Part shown: positions 23,927 to 27,087 of the stretch, one piece after another
Layout of the letters: every line of letters starts with the position of its first letter
How positions within the stretch are numbered: the stretch's first letter is position 1
Source: a virus
Taxonomy: Duplodnaviria; Caudoviricetes
Virus record (IMG/VR): IMGVR_UViG_3300009184_000167
Location: 1-27,087 of that record
Direction: 5' to 3' (one strand)
Length of the DNA: 27,087 nt
The notes under the pieces: model-generated
Databases searched by the model: none
Seen by the model: the letters and a program-made list of their open reading frames with translations, nothing else
What the model was told of the DNA's origin: nothing
Program-made: the position numbers and the translations under genes

Positions 23927-24817
23927 GTGTACTACGCAGCACAAGACATCATCGAGTACCTCATGGCGTCCGTTGGCGGCGGTGCGCAGGACAGCGAACA
24001 CGCTGCACTGCGGGCGGCGGCACACAGCGCGTATCGAGATGTGATCAACGCTCGCGACTGGCACTGGCACGTATCCGAAGCCACTCTTGCGGACGACCCT
24101 AACCCAAGTCTTGGGAGCGGAGACGGGGTAACGTCCTTTACGCTGCCGGAGAACGTCAAAAACTTAGACGCGCTAATTACGCCACAGTCGTCAGCTGTGC
24201 CGACCGTGTACCTTACGCCGACAGAGTGGTTGCGTATTGAGGTTAAGTTTCCGCAAGTCAACGCTCCGGTGTACTGGACGGCCCTTAGGGACCCTGCGGC
24301 GCCAGATCGGTGGCTCGTAAAACTTGCTGGCGTGCCTGCACCTGCTGCCTACAAATACACGTTTCGCAGACGACCGCCTGCATTGCGGTACATGGGCTTT
24401 GAGGCTACGTGCCAGAAGCCCGACACAATGCTTCCTGGCGTAGTTGTGCGGTACGGGTCTGCCACAGAGTTTCCGACTTCTTCGTTTGGGCGCAATCCGT
24501 ATCTCGGCGAAGAGCTGTGGCAGGTTCCCGGAAGCGCCAGAGGGCTTGTCGGTGAAGGAAAGGTCGTATGGTCTGACTACCTAGACGTGTCAGACTCGAT
24601 GTACACAGCCGTGCTTTCCGGCGCCGAGATGTGGCTCGCAAGACTGCTTGGCAAAAACATTGAAGGCGCAACTGCGGTTTTTAACAAAGACCTCCGACTT
24701 GCATTTGAGGCCGACACGCCAGCTCCAGTCAGTGGCACTCGGCGTGGGTGGTCATTGCTTGGTGCGGCTCGGGCGCTTGGGTACTACACGCCATCCGGCC
24801 CAGACACGGGAGTGTGA
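23927..24817 (+). CDS. putative head-tail adaptor / tail tubular protein
   Basis: GTG start; AYRDVINARDWHWH..FTLPENVK pattern and position resemble podovirus adaptors; function inferred. Confidence 0.55.
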   Translation: MYYAAQDIIEYLMASVGGGAQDSEHAALRAAAHSAYRDVINARDWHWHVSEATLADDPNPSLGSGDGVTSFTLPENVKNLDALITPQSSAVPTVYLTPTEWLRIEVKFPQVNAPVYWTALRDPAAPDRWLVKLAGVPAPAAYKYTFRRRPPALRYMGFEATCQKPDTMLPGVVVRYGSATEFPTSSFGRNPYLGEELWQVPGSARGLVGEGKVVWSDYLDVSDSMYTAVLSGAEMWLARLLGKNIEGATAVFNKDLRLAFEADTPAPVSGTRRGWSLLGAARALGYYTPSGPDTGV

Positions 24818-24820
24818 CCC

Positions 24821-25378
24821 ATGAAAGCCGATCAGTGGGCAGGCCTTGTCACGAAGGCAAGTCCGTACATCCTGCCTCCCGGAGCGGCGGTCGAGCAGGT
24901 CAACCTGGCGCTGACCATTCCAGGCCAGCTAACGACCCGCGACGGGATGCGGAAAGTTGTCTGCACAGCATCAGCTAGTGACGTCCTCGACTGCTTCCCG
25001 TATGCCTACGGCGGCTCCACTGTCTTGCTTGCGTTGACTGCCAGCGGAGAGCTGGTGGCGTTGCCTAGTCCAGCATATGGGCCAGAAACTGCCGCCCCGA
25101 GCGAACCCCCGTTGACGCTCACGACTAGCCAGACCGGAACAACGTACACGCAGCGATTTGTGGTTGGTCAGGTTTCCGAAGTGTCGCCGCCATCTCCGCC
25201 AGACACGGACTACGTCAACGAGCTGTACGGAGCTACTGCCTCAACGACCGCATGGCCGTACCTCGCAAGGGCGGGGTCCGCTGCATCTCAGCCAACCGAC
25301 AACGACTACTTCGGCGGATACGCCGCAACGCCGGACTACCCGCCATCACTGCTGAGATCAGGCATCCCGACGTCATGA
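24821..25378 (+). CDS. putative tail protein, 185 aa
   Basis: ORF track; N-terminus WAGLVT..P..LPPGAA..N..PGQL..R resembles nozzle-protein N-termini. Confidence 0.65.
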   Translation: MKADQWAGLVTKASPYILPPGAAVEQVNLALTIPGQLTTRDGMRKVVCTASASDVLDCFPYAYGGSTVLLALTASGELVALPSPAYGPETAAPSEPPLTLTTSQTGTTYTQRFVVGQVSEVSPPSPPDTDYVNELYGATASTTAWPYLARAGSAASQPTDNDYFGGYAATPDYPPSLLRSGIPTS

Positions 25379-27087
25379 TTACTACACGCTTTTCACCCGA
25401 CCGCCCAGTGTCCTGCGTGCAGGGTCGCAACGGAGAGCTTCTTGTTGTGCAGGGCTGCGGCGTTCGTCCGGCGCGCGTGTACGGAACAGATGCCGCTGTA
25501 GATGCTGGCATGGACGCACCGACAGCTGCGCCTACCGTAACGGCCGTAACGCCGGCCTGCTACTACATTGCTCGAGCGGACGTATACAAGTCTGGCGCGT
25601 GCTATTACGCACCCCCAACAGTCACTTTCACGTCAGACAATGGTCGCGACCCCCTGCTTGGCAAGGAGGCCACAGCCCAATCGTTTCTTGGGCAGTCCTC
25701 TGTGTCTGAGGTTCGCATTGACAACGGTGGCAAATACTACCTCGACCCGCCGTCCGTTGAGTTGGGCGACACGTATGGCAAAGGAGCGGAACTCACTGCC
25801 ACGCTCGATGGCTCACCAACGGCTCCCAACGGTGGCGACCCGTACACCGGCATCACAGAATGGAAGATTGTGCAGGCTCCGGATTACCTCGATGCTGCTG
25901 GGCAAGATGACGGCTTGACGTGGTACTACGGGGCCGGATCCACCACTGTGCCAGCAGCCAGCAGCACCGCCAAGTTTGACTTTAATTTTGCCGTGCCTGC
26001 CGGTGGCACGTGGGACGGGATTGCCACTTGCGCTCTTGCGAATACGAGGACGGGATTTTCCTACAGCGTCTCTGGCGGCACTGGCTCTGGGGCGACCGTG
26101 AAGTTGACGTTTGGTGCTGCAACTTTCGCGTGCTCTGCCTCCAGTGTGGGATCGCTCGGTGGATCGACGTTCATAATGGTTCGCGGTGCCCGCCAGCTTC
26201 TCTCGGCGGAGCCAATGAACTACGGCTCCAAGTACAGCGACGGAGAGACGGTAGTCCTTCGCATCCCTTCCGGCAGCGGGAATGCGTCCCGAGACATCAT
26301 CCTGCATGGCATCTCGTCCGGAAATCCGCAGAACACCACCGCCCAGCGATTTGGCGTCGGAGCCATTGCCATCACTAATAAGGGAAGTGGCTTTCTTGTT
26401 GCGCCGCAACTGAAGATCACGTCCTCTAGCGGTTTCGGTGCCTACGCCACCTGCACCGTAAAGAACGGCTCAATTGACACCGTCACACTGGAGAACGGCG
26501 GTGGTGGCTACAAGAAGCCACCTGTCGTGGAGGTGCTGGCAGGCGGTGCGGAAGTGTTTGCTGTGTCTCGACCTCACTTGCGTGGCAAGTATCAGTGCTA
26601 CCTGCGGTACGTCGATAACACACCGGAGGATCGTGGCGGACCAATCCCCAGCAATCTCTCCCCAGTGCTGGAAGTGGACGCAGGCGAAGGTGCGAAGTCT
26701 CTTTCATGGGCAGTTCCGCAGCCAGCCGGACGGGCTGTGGCCTGCGAGCTTTGGCGCACGTCCAGCAACCAAGCCACAACGCTCTACAGGGTCGCCACTC
26801 TCGATGCCGCCAATGCCGCATTTGTGGACGACCTGACCGACGACGAGATCCGCAACCCTGACCGCGTTGGCTATTCGGCCATGCCCATCGTGCTGCCGAA
26901 TGGGCAACTCAATGCCAATCGGTTCGGCGTTCCGCCCAGCGACAAGTCGGCTATCGTGCGTTTTCAAGATCGCTACTGGTACGGCGTGGACACGTCTGGC
27001 AAGCAGCCCAACACGATCCTGTACTCAGAGGTGGACGAGCCCGAGAGCGTCCCGGACATTAACGAACTCATCCTTCAGCAGAACGAG
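25375..27087 (+). CDS. large tail/nozzle-like protein, runs off the window end (MITTRFSPDRPV...)
   Basis: Not in the ORF track. ATGA overlap; segments read by hand are in one frame to the window end; NxG(S/G)G(Y/F)xxP repeats, then RYWYG..ILYSEVDEPESVP. Confidence 0.8.
   Translation, partial: MITTRFSPDRPVSCVQGRNGELLVVQGCGVRPARVYGTDAAVDAGMDAPTAAPTVTAVTPACYYIARADVYKSGACYYAPPTVTFTSDNGRDPLLGKEATAQSFLGQSSVSEVRIDNGGKYYLDPPSVELGDTYGKGAELTATLDGSPTAPNGGDPYTGITEWKIVQAPDYLDAAGQDDGLTWYYGAGSTTVPAASSTAKFDFNFAVPAGGTWDGIATCALANTRTGFSYSVSGGTGSGATVKLTFGAATFACSASSVGSLGGSTFIMVRGARQLLSAEPMNYGSKYSDGETVVLRIPSGSGNASRDIILHGISSGNPQNTTAQRFGVGAIAITNKGSGFLVAPQLKITSSSGFGAYATCTVKNGSIDTVTLENGGGGYKKPPVVEVLAGGAEVFAVSRPHLRGKYQCYLRYVDNTPEDRGGPIPSNLSPVLEVDAGEGAKSLSWAVPQPAGRAVACELWRTSSNQATTLYRVATLDAANAAFVDDLTDDEIRNPDRVGYSAMPIVLPNGQLNANRFGVPPSDKSAIVRFQDRYWYGVDTSGKQPNTILYSEVDEPESVPDINELILQQNE

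Overview
Segment of a GC-rich tailed-phage (Caudoviricetes, probably short-tailed) genome with two divergent arms. The right arm (+ strand, 6519-27087) carries SSB, small accessory genes, putative scaffold, major capsid protein, putative cement protein, terminase small and large subunits, putative portal, a 1346-aa adhesin with nine Ig-like repeats, an FN3 protein and putative tail adaptor and nozzle genes. The left arm (- strand, 1-6149) is about 18 small, mostly unknown early-type genes, and its non-coding DNA is the most interesting part. (i) A 26-bp non-sigma70 element recurs six times at about 1-kb spacing, each time followed at a fixed register by a structured leader. (ii) A complete type II hammerhead ribozyme lies at 4654-4705, between two genes. 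(iii) Two copies of an RNA motif I cannot assign (4366-4424, 5750-5810) show a compensatory base change. (iv) A candidate small RNA (315-396) exposes an anti-Shine-Dalgarno sequence complementary to the GGAGGUGU ribosome-binding sites of the arm's own genes. Together these suggest an RNA-based control system for a modular early-gene array. All calls come from reading by eye; no database search or folding program was run.
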